Notes: generated by a model not told the origin, from the sequence alone. Shown: positions 1 to 10,026, counted from the stretch's first letter. The stretch: 64,000 bases of DNA from a bacterium (GCA_963642995.1 CAVIIZ010000001.1:72244-136243); one strand, 5' to 3'. Program-made: numbers and translations.

Positions 1-87
1 CGGCTGCCCTGAACAGGCGAGCCGCCTCGTCGAGACGAGAGGAAGCGCCGGCGATGCGCGGTGCCGGCGGCGAGACGCGCCCCTTTT

Positions 88-1413
88 CTACGAGAAGATG
101 AACATCGCGAGAAAGGCCAACGCCGCGACCCACATGAGCGGCTTTATCTCGCGCACTTTGCGGCAGGCGAGCATGCACACGACATAGGAGATGAACCCGA
201 GGCCTATGCCGGTGGTGATGGAATAGGTCATGGGGATGGAGAAGATGGTGATGAAGGCGGGGAACGCGCTCTCGATGCTGCTCCAGTCGACATGCCCGAC
301 GTCGGTCATCATGAGATAGCCCACGACGACGAGCGCGCCGCAGGTGGCCGAGCTGGAGACCATGCCGATGATGGGGCTGAGGAACGCGAAGACTACGAAG
401 GCGACGGCCACGACGACGTTGGAGAAGCCCGTGCGCGCGCCGGAAGCCGCGCCGGAGGCGCTTTCCACGAAGGTGGTGATCGAGGAGGCGCCCGTGAAGC
501 CGCCGACCACGGCGGCCGCCGAGTCGATGGTGAGTATCTTTCCGATGTCTTTGACCTCGCCGTCGTCGTCGACGAACTTGCCGGCCTCGGCAACCGCCAC
601 CGCCGTGCCCATCGTGTCGAAGAAATCGCTCATCAGCAGCGAGAAGGCGAAGAGCAGCAGCGCCGGCTGCAAGAACACCTGGAGTATGGCCATGTTGCCC
701 GTGGAGGGCACGGTCTGGAAGGGCGCGGCGAAGGTGGAGAAGTCCAGCCCGAAGCTCCAGCTCGTGGGCAGCGCGGTGACGCCCAGGGGGATGCCCGCGA
801 CCGTGGCGACGATGATGGAGATGAGCAAGGCGCCGCGTACCTTTGCCACCGTGAGGACGATGGCGACGAGGATGGCGATGATGGAGACGATGACGGTCGG
901 CGAGGTGAAGTCGCCTGCCGAGATGAGGGTGGACTCGTTGTCGACGATGATGCCGCCGCCTTTCATGCCCACGAACGCGATGAACAAGCCGATGCCGATG
1001 CCGATGGCGTGGCGCAAGGAGACGGGGATGGCGCGCATGATGGCCTCGCGCAGACCGCAGACCACGAGCGCCAAGATGACGACGCCTTCGATCATGACGA
1101 TGGCCATGGCCACGCGCCAGTCGACGGCGGTGGGCTGCATGCACAGGCTGTAGGCGATGATGGAGTTGATGCCCATGCCGGACGCCAAGGCCAGCGGGCG
1201 GTTGGCAATGAGACCCATGCACAAGGTCATGATGGCCGCGCCGAAGCAGGTGGCGGTGAGGGCCGCCTCGAAGGGGATGCCGGCGTCGACGAGTATCGTC
1301 GGGTTGACGGCGATGATGTAGGCCATCGCCAGAAACGTGGTGAGGCCGCCGACGATCTCGGCGCCGTACGACGATCCGCGTTCCTTGATCTTGAAGAACT
1401 TTTCCACGAGCAC
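88..1413 (-). CDS. NCS2/AzgA-type purine (adenine/guanine/hypoxanthine) permease
   Basis: Translation VLVEKFFKIKERGSSYGAEIVGGLTTFLAMAYIIAVNP... is the typical N-terminus of AzgA/PbuG-like permeases, and the protein is multi-TM throughout. GTG at 1413 is preceded by a GGGGAGGGG SD. The ORF-track extension to 1707 is Arg/Pro-rich shadow sequence. Confidence 0.85.
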   Translation of the reverse strand: MLVEKFFKIKERGSSYGAEIVGGLTTFLAMAYIIAVNPTILVDAGIPFEAALTATCFGAAIMTLCMGLIANRPLALASGMGINSIIAYSLCMQPTAVDWRVAMAIVMIEGVVILALVVCGLREAIMRAIPVSLRHAIGIGIGLFIAFVGMKGGGIIVDNESTLISAGDFTSPTVIVSIIAILVAIVLTVAKVRGALLISIIVATVAGIPLGVTALPTSWSFGLDFSTFAAPFQTVPSTGNMAILQVFLQPALLLFAFSLLMSDFFDTMGTAVAVAEAGKFVDDDGEVKDIGKILTIDSAAAVVGGFTGASSITTFVESASGAASGARTGFSNVVVAVAFVVFAFLSPIIGMVSSSATCGALVVVGYLMMTDVGHVDWSSIESAFPAFITIFSIPMTYSITTGIGLGFISYVVCMLACRKVREIKPLMWVAALAFLAMFIFS

Positions 1414-1651
1414 ACCCCTCCCCCGCCCGCCCCATCCGGGCGGTGCGGCACGCGAAATGAAAAGAAGAACCGAAGCCGTATCTTTGTAGCACATGGGCAC
1501 GGGCAAAGATGCGGGGAAAACGTGAACGCCCACGGGCGGGAAGACGCGCCCGCCATACGGGAGGAAAAACGAGGGGGCGAGCCGACGAGGGGCCAGGCGC
1601 GCCTGTCCGGGCACGGGCGCGCGGGAAAAGGGCGCACGACGCGCACGGCGC

Positions 1652-2776
1652 CTATCCGAGCTTCGGGACGGGCAAGCCCAGGTGCTCGTAGGCGCGCGGG
1701 GCAGCACGACGCCCCTTTGGCGTGCGCTCTATGAGGCCGCAGCGCAGAAGATAGGGCTCGTAGACGTCTTCTATGGTGTCCGGCTCCTCGCCGAGCGCGC
1801 TGGCAAGCGTGGCCAGCCCCACGGGCCGAGAGGCGAAGGTGATGCACAAAAGACGCAGGAGCGCGTCGTCTGTGGAGTCGAGGCCGAGCGCGTCCACCTT
1901 GAAAAACGAGAGCGCCTGCGCGGCCGTCTGCCGGTCGATGCGGCCGTCGGCGCGGACCTGCGCGTAGTCGCGCACCCGCTTGAGCAGGCGGTTTGCCAAG
2001 CGCGGCGTGGCACGCGAGCGCGAGGCGATCTCGACGGCGCCGGCGGCGTCTATCTCGACTCCCAAGATGGACGCCGAGCGGACGACTATGTCGCAAAGCT
2101 CTTCGACGGAATAGTAGTCGAGGCGAAAGCACGCGCCGAAACGGTCGCGCAAGGGCCCGGTGAGCAGGCCGGTGCGCGTGGTGGCCGCCACGAGCGTGAA
2201 ACGCGGCAGGTCGAGGCGTATGGAGCGGGCGGCAGGCCCTTGGCCTATGACGATGTCGAGGGCGAAATCCTCCATCGCCGGATAGAGCACCTCTTCCACG
2301 GCGCGGTTCAAGCGGTGGATCTCGTCGATGAAGAGGACGTCGCCTTCCTCGAGGTTGGTGAGTATGGCGGCCAGGTCGCCGGCACGCTCGATGGCAGGCC
2401 CGCTGGTGGCCTTGAAGGAGACGCCCAGCTCGTTTGCCACCACGCCCGCAAGCGTGGTCTTGCCCAGGCCCGGAGGCCCTGAGAAAAGCAGGTGGTCGAG
2501 GGCCTCGCCGCGCGATTTGGCCGCCTCGATCAGCACGGAGAGGTTTTCCTTGATGCGCGTCTGGCCGAGATATTCGAAAAGCACCTTGGGGCGCAGCCCC
2601 GTCTCCGAGGCGGCCTCCTCGTGCGTTTGCGAGGGCGAGACGAAGCGCTCGGCTGCCGGCGCGTCTGGCGCGTTTTCGGGCACGACCGTGCCACCCCCCT
2701 CCTCCGCAGCGCCTGCCCGCGCATCCGCGGCGCCCGCTTGCGCGCCATCAGAGAATTCCGGCGACTCCCACATCAT
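1652..2776 (-). CDS. ruvB: Holliday junction branch-migration helicase RuvB
   Basis: [41 protein letters not shown] (Walker A), [10 protein letters not shown] (Walker B region), and a winged-helix C-terminus. ATG 2776 overlaps the ruvA stop (ATGA). Has a ~50-aa Ala/Gly-rich N-terminal extension. Confidence 0.95.
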   Translation of the reverse strand: MMWESPEFSDGAQAGAADARAGAAEEGGGTVVPENAPDAPAAERFVSPSQTHEEAASETGLRPKVLFEYLGQTRIKENLSVLIEAAKSRGEALDHLLFSGPPGLGKTTLAGVVANELGVSFKATSGPAIERAGDLAAILTNLEEGDVLFIDEIHRLNRAVEEVLYPAMEDFALDIVIGQGPAARSIRLDLPRFTLVAATTRTGLLTGPLRDRFGACFRLDYYSVEELCDIVVRSASILGVEIDAAGAVEIASRSRATPRLANRLLKRVRDYAQVRADGRIDRQTAAQALSFFKVDALGLDSTDDALLRLLCITFASRPVGLATLASALGEEPDTIEDVYEPYLLRCGLIERTPKGRRAAPRAYEHLGLPVPKLG

Positions 2777-3384
2777 CGTGCGGCTCCCAGGCTCTTGAGC
2801 GCGTAGCGCATGCCTTCTTCAACGCTTGCATCTGCAGGGCACCCCGAAAGCGACGAGGCGGCCTCCGCATCCGAGAAGCCCATGCCGCGCAAGGCCTCGC
2901 GCACCTCGTGCAGGCCAGAGGAAGAGGCGGAGCCGGACGCCGCGCAGCTGCCATCTGCTTGCCCGGCCAACGGGACGGCAAGCGACGAGAAGCGGTCTTT
3001 CAGCTCCAGCACCACGCGCTGGGCGGTCTTCTTGCCGATGCCGGGCGCACGCGCGATGGCCGTATCGTCGCCGGATGCGATGGCGTCTGCCACCTGCGCC
3101 GGCGAAAGCGCCGACAGCAAGGCGAGCGCGAGTTTTGGCCCTAGGCCCTTCACCCCGAGCAGCGCCGTGAACATATCCTTTTCAGCCGGGTCGAGAAAGC
3201 CGAAGAGCGCAAGCCCATCGTCTTTCACCTGCAGATACGTCCATATGCGCACCACCTGCGGCGGCGCGGGCAGACTCGCCAGCGCATGCGAGCTCATGGA
3301 CAGCTCGTAGCCGACGCCGCCCACCTCGAGCACCGCGGCGCCCGCATCGCGTCCCGCGACGATCCCTTCCAGAAAGGCTATCAA
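2773..3384 (-). CDS. ruvA: Holliday junction DNA-binding protein RuvA
   Basis: (L/M)[10 protein letters not shown]...VGGVGYEL...[17 protein letters not shown]...[19 protein letters not shown] (HhH motifs). TTG start at 3384 overlaps the ruvC stop (TTGA). The rest of the 453-aa track ORF is shadow sequence. Confidence 0.9.
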   Translation of the reverse strand: MIAFLEGIVAGRDAGAAVLEVGGVGYELSMSSHALASLPAPPQVVRIWTYLQVKDDGLALFGFLDPAEKDMFTALLGVKGLGPKLALALLSALSPAQVADAIASGDDTAIARAPGIGKKTAQRVVLELKDRFSSLAVPLAGQADGSCAASGSASSSGLHEVREALRGMGFSDAEAASSLSGCPADASVEEGMRYALKSLGAAR

Positions 3385-3998
3385 CGGGCCGCCTCCTTTT
3401 CCACAGCGGCGGCGACCTTGCGCTCGAATGCCCGGCGCGCCTGGGCCCGCGCCCGCTTCGTCGTGGCCGGATCCATGCCCGTCGCACAGGCCACGGCCTG
3501 CTCCAAGCCACGTCCGCGCCGCATGCGCAGGTGGGTGATGGCGCACGCCAGCGCATCTGCCGCATGGTCCGGCTTCGGGTCGTGGTCGAGCCCGAGCACG
3601 GCGCGCACCATGTACTGCACCTGCGCCTTGTCCGCCTTTCCCGTGCCCACGAGCGCTTTTTTTATCTGCAGGGGCGTGTACTCCCCGAAGGAAAGACCCA
3701 TGCACGCGCAAGCCACGAGGGCGGCGCCGCGCGCCTGGGCCGTCGCGATGGCAGACGGCGCGTTCGCCCCGAAATACACCGACTCCGCGCACAAGGCGCC
3801 CAACCGGTAGCGCGATATGACCTCGCACAGATTGTCGTGGATGATGGCCAGGCGGGCGGGCAGCTCCATATCGGGACGGGTCGTGACGCAGCCATAGGCC
3901 ACGGGCACGATGCGCGAGCCCTCCTCGCGCACGACCCCCCAGCCGGTGTTGGCAAGACCGGGGTCTATGCCGATGACCATATCCGGATCCAGGCACAT
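3381..3998 (-). CDS. ruvC: crossover junction endodeoxyribonuclease RuvC
   Basis: MVIGIDPGLANTGWGVV...ESVYFGANAPSAIATAQARG...GTGKADKAQVQYMV...DHAADALACAI. ATG at 3998 (MCLDPDM...) or ATG at 3980 (MVIGIDPG). C-terminal ~40-aa basic tail. Confidence 0.9.
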   Translation of the reverse strand: MCLDPDMVIGIDPGLANTGWGVVREEGSRIVPVAYGCVTTRPDMELPARLAIIHDNLCEVISRYRLGALCAESVYFGANAPSAIATAQARGAALVACACMGLSFGEYTPLQIKKALVGTGKADKAQVQYMVRAVLGLDHDPKPDHAADALACAITHLRMRRGRGLEQAVACATGMDPATTKRARAQARRAFERKVAAAVEKEAAR

Positions 3999-4324
3999 GC
4001 CCTGTCCACCCGCCTCTTTCGCCCGCGCCACAGCCCCGTTCACCCCCTCGTGAAATCTCCTTCCACCCGATGCCGTGCGCCATGCCGGGTGAAAAGCAAA
4101 CAAATGTTCTGTTGCAAGCATAGCATACGAACATCGGGTGCCTTCGCGGTTTTCGAGAAAAAGGCTGCGAAAAAGGAGGGGGCGCGAACGGCGGCGGGCA
4201 ACGTGGCGAGGTGCGGCAAGCCTCGGCGCGGCGCTGTATGCGCTCGCGACAAGAAAACGGCGCCTTCCCGCGAAGGCGCCGATCGTTTCACCATATGCGC
4301 ATGCGAAACCCGTGCACGGGCGCC

Positions 4325-5083
4325 CTAGCCCTCCAGGGCCGCGGCCACCTCGTCGCTGATCTCCATGGTGTGCGAGACGCACTGCACATCGTCGAGGTCT
4401 TCGAGCGCGTCCACGAGGCGCATGACCTTCTTGGCGTCTTCGACCGTGACCTCGGTGGGGTTGTTCGCGGTGAAGACGAGTTCGGCGCCCTTGACCTCGA
4501 TGCCCTGCGCGTCGAGGGATTTCTTCACCGCCATGAGCTCGGACGGCTCGGTCCACACGACCCACTCCTCGCCGGCGTCCTCATAATCGTCGCCGCCGGC
4601 CTCGGTGACGGCCTCGAAGAGCTTGTCCTCATCGTCGCAGACGGCCTTGTCCACCGTGACCTGGCCTTGGCGTTTGAATTGGAAGGCCACCGAGCCGCTC
4701 GTGGCGAGGTTGCCGCCCGCATGGTTGAAGGCGCTGCGCACGTCGGCGGCGGTGCGGTTGCGGTTGTCGGTCAGGCACTCGACGTACAAGCCGATGCCGG
4801 CAGGGCCATACCCCTCGTAGGTGACCTCTTCCCAGGCCGCGGCGTCGGCGCCGGACCCGAAGGCCTTGTCGATGGCCGTCTGGATCTTGTCCTTGGGCAT
4901 GGAGTAGCCCTTGGCCTTGGCGATGGCAGCCGCCAGCGAGGCGTTGTTGTCCGGGTTCGGGTCGCCCCCCTCCTTGGCCGCCACGGTGATGATGCGGCTG
5001 AGCTTGGAGAACATGGCGGAGCGCTTCGCGTCTACCGCCGCCTTGCGATGCTTGGTGGTCGCCCACTTAGAATGTCCGGACAT
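4325..5083 (-). CDS. yebC: YebC/PmpR family DNA-binding transcriptional regulator
   Basis: MSGHSKWATTKHRKAAVDAKRSAMFSKLSRIITVAAKEGGDPNPDNN... is diagnostic for the family. AAGGAAGG SD lies upstream of ATG 5083. Confidence 0.95.
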   Translation of the reverse strand: MSGHSKWATTKHRKAAVDAKRSAMFSKLSRIITVAAKEGGDPNPDNNASLAAAIAKAKGYSMPKDKIQTAIDKAFGSGADAAAWEEVTYEGYGPAGIGLYVECLTDNRNRTAADVRSAFNHAGGNLATSGSVAFQFKRQGQVTVDKAVCDDEDKLFEAVTEAGGDDYEDAGEEWVVWTEPSELMAVKKSLDAQGIEVKGAELVFTANNPTEVTVEDAKKVMRLVDALEDLDDVQCVSHTMEISDEVAAALEG

Positions 5084-5246
5084 ACGAGGCCTTCCTTTTG
5101 AATCGGTGCTCTTTTACCGTGTGACGAAAAAAGATTCTAGCACAGCGTCCGCACGTCCCCTGAAGAGGCGGGAAAAGAAGGGGCGGCGTCGCGGGTGCTG
5201 TTCCGGTTTCTTGCAAAAGAGGTTTTTCCCTTTGCGAACGCGAACG

Positions 5247-5282
5247 GCGAAAAGAAGGCGCGCCGAAAATGCGACGCGCCTT
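5247..5282 (-). terminator. candidate intrinsic terminator downstream of the ACP gene
   Basis: On the minus strand, AAGGCGCG-tcgcattttcgg-CGCGCCTT hairpin (5255-5282) is followed by TCTTTTC. Confidence 0.4.
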
Positions 5283-5331
5283 CAAAACGGCGAACTGCGC
5301 GCAAGCCGCGCGGCTTTTCGCTCCTGCTGCG

Positions 5332-5565
5332 CTACGCCTGCCGCGCCTTCAGGGAGTCGACATGGGCGACGATATCGCCCACCGTCTGCAGGCCTTCCGG
5401 CTCGCCGAAGTCGACGCCCTCTTTGTCCTCCAAATCGCACACCAGCTCGACCAGATCGAGCGAGTCCAGCTCGAGGGACTCGAGCGTCGAGTCCGGCGAC
5501 ACGGATGCAGGATCGACCTCGAGGTTGTCGTGCAGAATCTGCTTCAGCGTGTCCAACGTGGCCAT
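5332..5565 (-). CDS. acyl carrier protein (stand-alone)
   Basis: 77 aa, acidic, with LELDSLDLVELV carrying the DSL phosphopantetheine-attachment serine motif. Four-helix ACP length. Confidence 0.8.
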   Translation of the reverse strand: MATLDTLKQILHDNLEVDPASVSPDSTLESLELDSLDLVELVCDLEDKEGVDFGEPEGLQTVGDIVAHVDSLKARQA

Positions 5566-5575
5566 GAGCGCGTCC

Positions 5576-6199
5576 CTACTCCTCGGACTTCTTCTCGTCG
5601 GCGGCCGGCTCGGCTTCTTTCGCCTCGGCGGCGGTCTCCTCAGCCGCGTCGGCGGCCGGCTCGGCCTTCTCGGCGGCAGCCTCGTCGGCGCCGTCGGGCT
5701 TTTCCGCCTTCTCGTCGGCCTTTGCCGCCTCAGCCGCTTCCCCGGACTTCTCGGCGCCCTTCTTGGCAGCCGGTTTCTTGGCCGCGGCCTTCTTGGCGCC
5801 CGCCTTGGGCGCCGCGGCCTTCTTGCCCTTCGTCGAGACCGTCTCGTTCACCAGCTCGAGGATGACCATGGGGGCGTTGTCGCCCTTGCGAGGACCCAGT
5901 TTCAGGATGCGGGTGTAGCCGCCGTCGCGGCCTGCCCACATGCCCTGCTCGGCCTTCTCGAACACCTCGCGCACCAGCTCGGCGTCGCCCAAGGCGGCGA
6001 TGGCCAGACGACGCGAATGCAAATCGCCCTTCTTTGCCCATGTGATGATCTTGTCCACCAGCCCGCGCACTTCCTTGGCGCGTGCGTCGATGGTCTTGAT
6101 GCGGTCGTTTGTGAACAGCGCGACAGCAAGGTTCTTCTTGATCGCCTTGGTGTGGCTGGCATCGCTGCCCAGCTTGCGCCCTTTCTTGTAATGTCTCAT
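5576..6199 (-). CDS. rplQ: 50S ribosomal protein L17 with ~90-aa Lys/Ala then Glu/Ala-rich C-terminal extension
   Basis: MRHYKKGRKLGSDASHTKAIKKNLAVALF...HSRRLA...GGYTRILKLGPRKGDNAPMVILELV is the L17 core. The tail is KKAAAPKAGAKKAAAKKPAAKK...EAAEAAKADEKAE. Confidence 0.95.
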   Translation of the reverse strand: MRHYKKGRKLGSDASHTKAIKKNLAVALFTNDRIKTIDARAKEVRGLVDKIITWAKKGDLHSRRLAIAALGDAELVREVFEKAEQGMWAGRDGGYTRILKLGPRKGDNAPMVILELVNETVSTKGKKAAAPKAGAKKAAAKKPAAKKGAEKSGEAAEAAKADEKAEKPDGADEAAAEKAEPAADAAEETAAEAKEAEPAADEKKSEE

Positions 6200-6248
6200 T
6201 TACCCTATCTCCTACATGTCAAGCGCCGCGGCGCTTTTCGAGCGTGCG

Positions 6249-7190
6249 TTACTGCTTCAGCCCCAAATCCATCGACTGCAGCTTGTCTTTGACCTCCTCG
6301 ATGGACTTCGCGCCGAAGTTGCGAATGTTCAGCAGGTCGTTTTCCGAGTACTCGACCAGCGCGCGCACGGAATGGATGCCCGCGCGCTTCAGGCAGTTGT
6401 ACGAACGGACCGACAGGTCGAGGTCTTCGATGTTCTTCTCCAGCTCGGTGTTCTTCGCCGTGCCCTCGGGCGCGAAAATGCTGGCCTCCTCTTCCTCGGA
6501 GGCGTTTTCGTCGAGCATGAGGAAGGCCTTCATGTGCTGGGTGACGATGTTGGCCGCCTGGCACACCGCCGCCGTCGGGGTGACGGCGCCGTTGGTCTCG
6601 ACCTCCAAGATGAGCTTGTCGTAGTCGGTGCGCTGGGCGACACGCGTGTCGGTGACGTCCATGGTGCAGCGGCGTATGGGCGAGAACAGAGAGTCGGTGT
6701 GGATCCAGCCGATGGAGTCCTCGGAGCGCTTGTTTTGCGCAGCGTAGACGTTGCCGCGGCCGATGCCGATGCGCAGCTCCATCTCCAGCGTCGCGCCCTC
6801 GGACAGCGTCGCGATGACGTGGTCGGGGTTCACGAGCGAAAACTCGGTGGGCACCTCGATGTCGGCGCCGGTGACCGTGCACGGCCCTTGCGCATACAGC
6901 GTGGCCGTGGCCTCGGCGTAGTCGCCCAAAGCGGAAAAGACCAGCCCCTTGATGTTCAAGACGATGTCGGTCACGTCCTCGATGACGCCGGGAACGGCCG
7001 TGAACTCGTGCTGGACGCCCTCTATCTTGATGGCGGTGACCGCCGCGCCGTCCAACGAGCCCAGCAACACGCGGCGCATGCTGTTGCCCAGCGTGAAGCC
7101 GTAGCCGCGCTCCAAGGGCTCGGCGATGAAGCGCGCGGTGTTGTCGTCGATCGGGGCGACTGTGACCTTCGGTCTGATGAATTCAGTCAT
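6249..7190 (-). CDS. rpoA: DNA-directed RNA polymerase subunit alpha
   Basis: N-terminal ...ARFIAEPLERGYGFTLGNSMRRVLL and C-terminal-domain LDLSVRSYNCLKRAGIHSVRALV. Sits in the canonical rpsD-rpoA-rplQ position. Confidence 0.97.
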   Translation of the reverse strand: MTEFIRPKVTVAPIDDNTARFIAEPLERGYGFTLGNSMRRVLLGSLDGAAVTAIKIEGVQHEFTAVPGVIEDVTDIVLNIKGLVFSALGDYAEATATLYAQGPCTVTGADIEVPTEFSLVNPDHVIATLSEGATLEMELRIGIGRGNVYAAQNKRSEDSIGWIHTDSLFSPIRRCTMDVTDTRVAQRTDYDKLILEVETNGAVTPTAAVCQAANIVTQHMKAFLMLDENASEEEEASIFAPEGTAKNTELEKNIEDLDLSVRSYNCLKRAGIHSVRALVEYSENDLLNIRNFGAKSIEEVKDKLQSMDLGLKQ

Positions 7191-7272
7191 CTATGCAAAA
7201 CCTCCTAGAGGGGAAACCGGACAAGACGGACGGTGCGCGAACCGCGAGAAAACGCGACTCGCGCGCCGCGCG

Positions 7273-7866
7273 CTACTTGGAGTACAGCTCGATGATGAGC
7301 TGCTCTTTGATGTCCAGGTCGATCTGGTCGCGCGTGGGAAGCGAGATGACGCTGCCCTGCAGCTTCTCGATGTCCACCTCGAGCCACGCCGGCACCTGCA
7401 CGCGCTCGTTGGAGACCAGCGCGCTTTTGATGACGAGCAGCTCGCGGGCCTTCGGCGCGACGGCGACGACGTCGCCCGGCGCCACGCGATACGACGGCAC
7501 GTCCACGCGGCGGCCGTTGACCGTGATGTGGCCGTGGGTGACCGTCTGGCGGGCCTCCTTGCGCGTGCGCGCGAAACCCAGGCGAAAGACCACGTTGTCC
7601 AGGCGGCTCTCGAGCAGCTGCATGAGGTTTTCGCCGGTGACGCCTTGCATACGGCGCGCCTTCTGGTAGTAGCCGCGGAACTGCTTTTCGAGCACGCCGT
7701 AGACGAACTTCGCCTTCTGCTTCTCGCGCAGCTGGCGGCCGTACTCGCTTTCCTGACGGCGGCGCTGTTTGGGCATCTTCTTGGATTCCTTGGTGTAGCC
7801 AAGGCAAATCGGATCCAGGCCGAGCTGCCTGCACCGCTTCAGAACCGGGGTTCTGTTGATAGCCAT
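7273..7866 (-). CDS. rpsD: 30S ribosomal protein S4
   Basis: ...[11 protein letters not shown]...[25 protein letters not shown]...[28 protein letters not shown]. Confidence 0.97.
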   Translation of the reverse strand: MAINRTPVLKRCRQLGLDPICLGYTKESKKMPKQRRRQESEYGRQLREKQKAKFVYGVLEKQFRGYYQKARRMQGVTGENLMQLLESRLDNVVFRLGFARTRKEARQTVTHGHITVNGRRVDVPSYRVAPGDVVAVAPKARELLVIKSALVSNERVQVPAWLEVDIEKLQGSVISLPTRDQIDLDIKEQLIIELYSK

Positions 7867-7885
7867 AGTAGGTAGTTCCTTTCGA

Positions 7886-8284
7886 TTAAACGCGACGACG
7901 CTTGACCTGACGGCACCCGTTGTGCGGGATGGGGGTGCAGTCCTGGATGCCGGAGACCTCGAGGCCTGCCGCCTGCAGGGAACGCACCGCCGTCTCGCGG
8001 CCCGAGCCCGGGCCTTTCACGAACACGGCGACCTTCTTCAAGCCGTGCTCCATGGCCATCTTCGCCGCCTGCTCCGCCGCCATCTGCGCCGCAAACGGCG
8101 TGGACTTGCGCGAGCCCTTGAACCCGACCGTGCCGGCGGATTGCCACGAGATGACGTTGCCGCGCGTGTCGGTGATGGTGACGATCGTGTTGTTGAACGT
8201 GCTCTTGATGTGCGCCTGACCCACCGTGATGTTCTTGCGCTCGGAGCGCTTCACGCGGGTGCGCTGCTGTTTTTTCGCTGCCAT
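7886..8284 (-). CDS. rpsK: 30S ribosomal protein S11
   Basis: [46 protein letters not shown]... Confidence 0.97.
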   Translation of the reverse strand: MAAKKQQRTRVKRSERKNITVGQAHIKSTFNNTIVTITDTRGNVISWQSAGTVGFKGSRKSTPFAAQMAAEQAAKMAMEHGLKKVAVFVKGPGSGRETAVRSLQAAGLEVSGIQDCTPIPHNGCRQVKRRRV

Positions 8285-8297
8285 TGCTGCCCCTCAC

Positions 8298-8669
8298 CTA
8301 GCCTTTCTTCCTCGCGCCGATCTGACGGCGAGGACCTTTGCGGGTGCGGGCGTTGGTGTGCGTGCGCTGTCCGTGGACGGGCAGGTGCTTGCGATGGCGC
8401 AGGCCGCGATAGCAGCCGATCTCCATCAGGCGCTTGATGTTTTGCGACACCTCGCGGCGCAAGTCGCCTTCCACGGTGTAGTTCTTGTCGATGTTGTCGC
8501 GCAGCTTCACGACCTCGTCTTCAGTGAGGTCGCGGCAACGCGTGTCGGGGTTGACGCCCGTCTCGGCGCAGATCTTTTTCGCCGAGGTCGCGCCGATACC
8601 GAAAATGTAGGTCAGACCGATTTCCACGCGCTTGTCGCGCGGGAGGTCGACACCGAGTATACGAGCCAA
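8298..8669 (-). CDS. rpsM: 30S ribosomal protein S13
   Basis: (TTG)[32 protein letters not shown]...[26 protein letters not shown]. Confidence 0.97.
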   Translation of the reverse strand: MARILGVDLPRDKRVEIGLTYIFGIGATSAKKICAETGVNPDTRCRDLTEDEVVKLRDNIDKNYTVEGDLRREVSQNIKRLMEIGCYRGLRHRKHLPVHGQRTHTNARTRKGPRRQIGARKKG

Positions 8670-8684
8670 TGTATCCTGCCTTCC

Positions 8685-8798
8685 CTAGCCCTGGCGCTGC
8701 TTGTGGCGCGGGTTCTCGCAAATGACGTAGACCTTGCCATGACGCCTGATGACCTTGCACTTGTCGCACATTTTCTTCACAGAAGGACGTACCTTCAT
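8685..8798 (-). CDS. rpmJ: 50S ribosomal protein L36
   Basis: Not in the ORF track because it is under 60 aa. The minus-strand translation is [37 protein letters not shown], with ATG at 8796-8798 and TAG at 8685-8687. It lies between infA and rpsM as usual. Confidence 0.93.
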   Translation of the reverse strand: MKVRPSVKKMCDKCKVIRRHGKVYVICENPRHKQRQG

Positions 8799-9002
8799 CT
8801 CACTCAACCTTTCCCAAAGTGTGATGCCACTTCGATCTATGTAAAACGCTGCAGCCGCAAGCGTTGGTTTTCACGCGCTCCACGTCGTGCGCCGTATGCT
8901 GCGCATCGCACGTCGTGCCCCTCTTCGCGGCGAGAGGACGCCGTTTCGCCTTCGTGCGGACGCGCGGTGATGCGCCGCAGGAAGCCGGACGAGAATCTTT
9001 GC

Positions 9003-9221
9003 CTACTTGAAACGGTAGGTGATGCGGCCCCTGTCCAAATCGTAGGGCGAGAGCTCGACGGTGACCTTGTCGCCCGGAAGAATCTTGATGTAGTGCATGC
9101 GCATCTTGCCGGAGATGTGCGCGAGCACCTGGTGCCCGTTTTCCAGCTCGACCTTGAACATGGCGTTGGGCAGCGGCTCGACGACCGTGCCCTCCAGCTC
9201 TATCGCATCCTCTTTGCTCAC
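9003..9221 (-). CDS. infA: translation initiation factor IF-1
   Basis: (GTG)[71 protein letters not shown]. Confidence 0.97.
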   Translation of the reverse strand: MSKEDAIELEGTVVEPLPNAMFKVELENGHQVLAHISGKMRMHYIKILPGDKVTVELSPYDLDRGRITYRFK

Positions 9222-9316
9222 GTGCCGGTTCGCTTTCTACTCGTTTGACCAGACAGACGCAACGGTGAATGTTAGCGTATCTTGCGAGATTTTCATAGAA
9301 ACCACAGAAAGGAGAT

Positions 9317-9720
9317 GTGCGCGAAACCGGGCCTGTAAGCCGGGTTCTGTCGTCGAAGACGCCCATTTATCTAGAGACGGCGTCGCCGCCGCCTTCGAGC
9401 GGGCAACCCGGACGCGGGGCGGGCAACCCCTTGGCGTCCCTATTTGCCCTTGCTCCCCATGGGGTTTGTCAAGCCGCCGCGTTGCCGCGGCGCTGGTGCG
9501 CTCTTACCGCACCGTTTCAGCTTTTCCCTCGTACCACCAATGAGGGTGGTACGAGGGAGTTTTCTTTTCTGTGACACTGTCCGTCGCGTCGCCGCGCCCG
9601 GCCGTTAGCCGGCATGGTGCCCTGTGGAGCCCGGACTTTCCTCGTCGCTGCGGGTGGGAAAGCGCGCATCGCGCACCTGCGCCCGCATGCGCCGCGGGCG
9701 TCCGCCCCGGTTTCGCCGCA
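9317..9720 (-). ncRNA. rnpB: RNase P RNA, bacterial type A
   Basis: Universal conserved blocks are present on the minus strand. They are GAGGAAAGUCCGGGCUCCACAGG (revcomp of 9621-9643), GGUGCGGUAAGAGCGCACC (revcomp of 9494-9512) and ACAGAACCCGGCUUACAGG (revcomp of 9332-9350). P1 can form between GCGGCGAAACCGGGGC (9704-9719) and GCCCGGUUUCGCGC (9319-9332). Ends are +/-10 nt. Confidence 0.92.
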
Positions 9721-9730
9721 CGAGAAGAGA

Positions 9731-10009
9731 TTATAACCCCGCCTCGCGCAAGCGGACGGCGGCATCTTCGGCGGACACGGAAACCTCGAATCTCTTGTGG
9801 CGGCTCGTCGCGCCCGCCTTCAGCACGACCGCGCTTTTCGGCACATCGAAAAAGGCGGCGAGCACCTTGGCCGCCGCCTTCGTGGCCTTGCCCTTCTCGG
9901 GAGCCGCGCACACGCGCACTTCCAGCTCGCGCGCACCGTCTGCGCCCACGCGCCAGCCGCCCACCGCATCCAGCCCCGCCTTCGGGGTGACGAAGACGGC
10001 CAGCTGCAT
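9731..10009 (-). CDS. DUF167 (YggU-like) protein
   Basis: 92 aa. VFVTPKAGLDAV...LEVRVCAAPEKGKATKAAAKVLAAFFDVPKSAVVLKAGATSRHKRF matches the YggU/DUF167 pattern (APP-x-GKAN ... KS.V.i..G..SR.K). Confidence 0.75.
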   Translation of the reverse strand: MQLAVFVTPKAGLDAVGGWRVGADGARELEVRVCAAPEKGKATKAAAKVLAAFFDVPKSAVVLKAGATSRHKRFEVSVSAEDAAVRLREAGL

Positions 10010-10026
10010 GCGCGGCGCCCTTTTTC

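Noticed and set aside
1414-1651. Possible purine riboswitch in the ~240-nt leader of the NCS2 purine permease.
   Set aside because: I could not find the conserved purine-riboswitch junction elements (UAUAAU…, UUUCUACC, CCGACUA-type) on the minus strand. Only generic GC hairpins are present. An Rfam scan would settle it.
9526-9570. A perfect 13-bp hairpin, CCCTCGTACCACC-aatga-GGTGGTACGAGGG, followed by AGTTTTCTTTTC. It looks like a plus-strand intrinsic terminator.
   Set aside because: It lies inside the minus-strand RNase P RNA, between the GGUGCGGUAAGAGCGCACC and GAGGAAAGUCCGGGC blocks. It is therefore an internal rnpB helix, and there is no plus-strand gene upstream to terminate.
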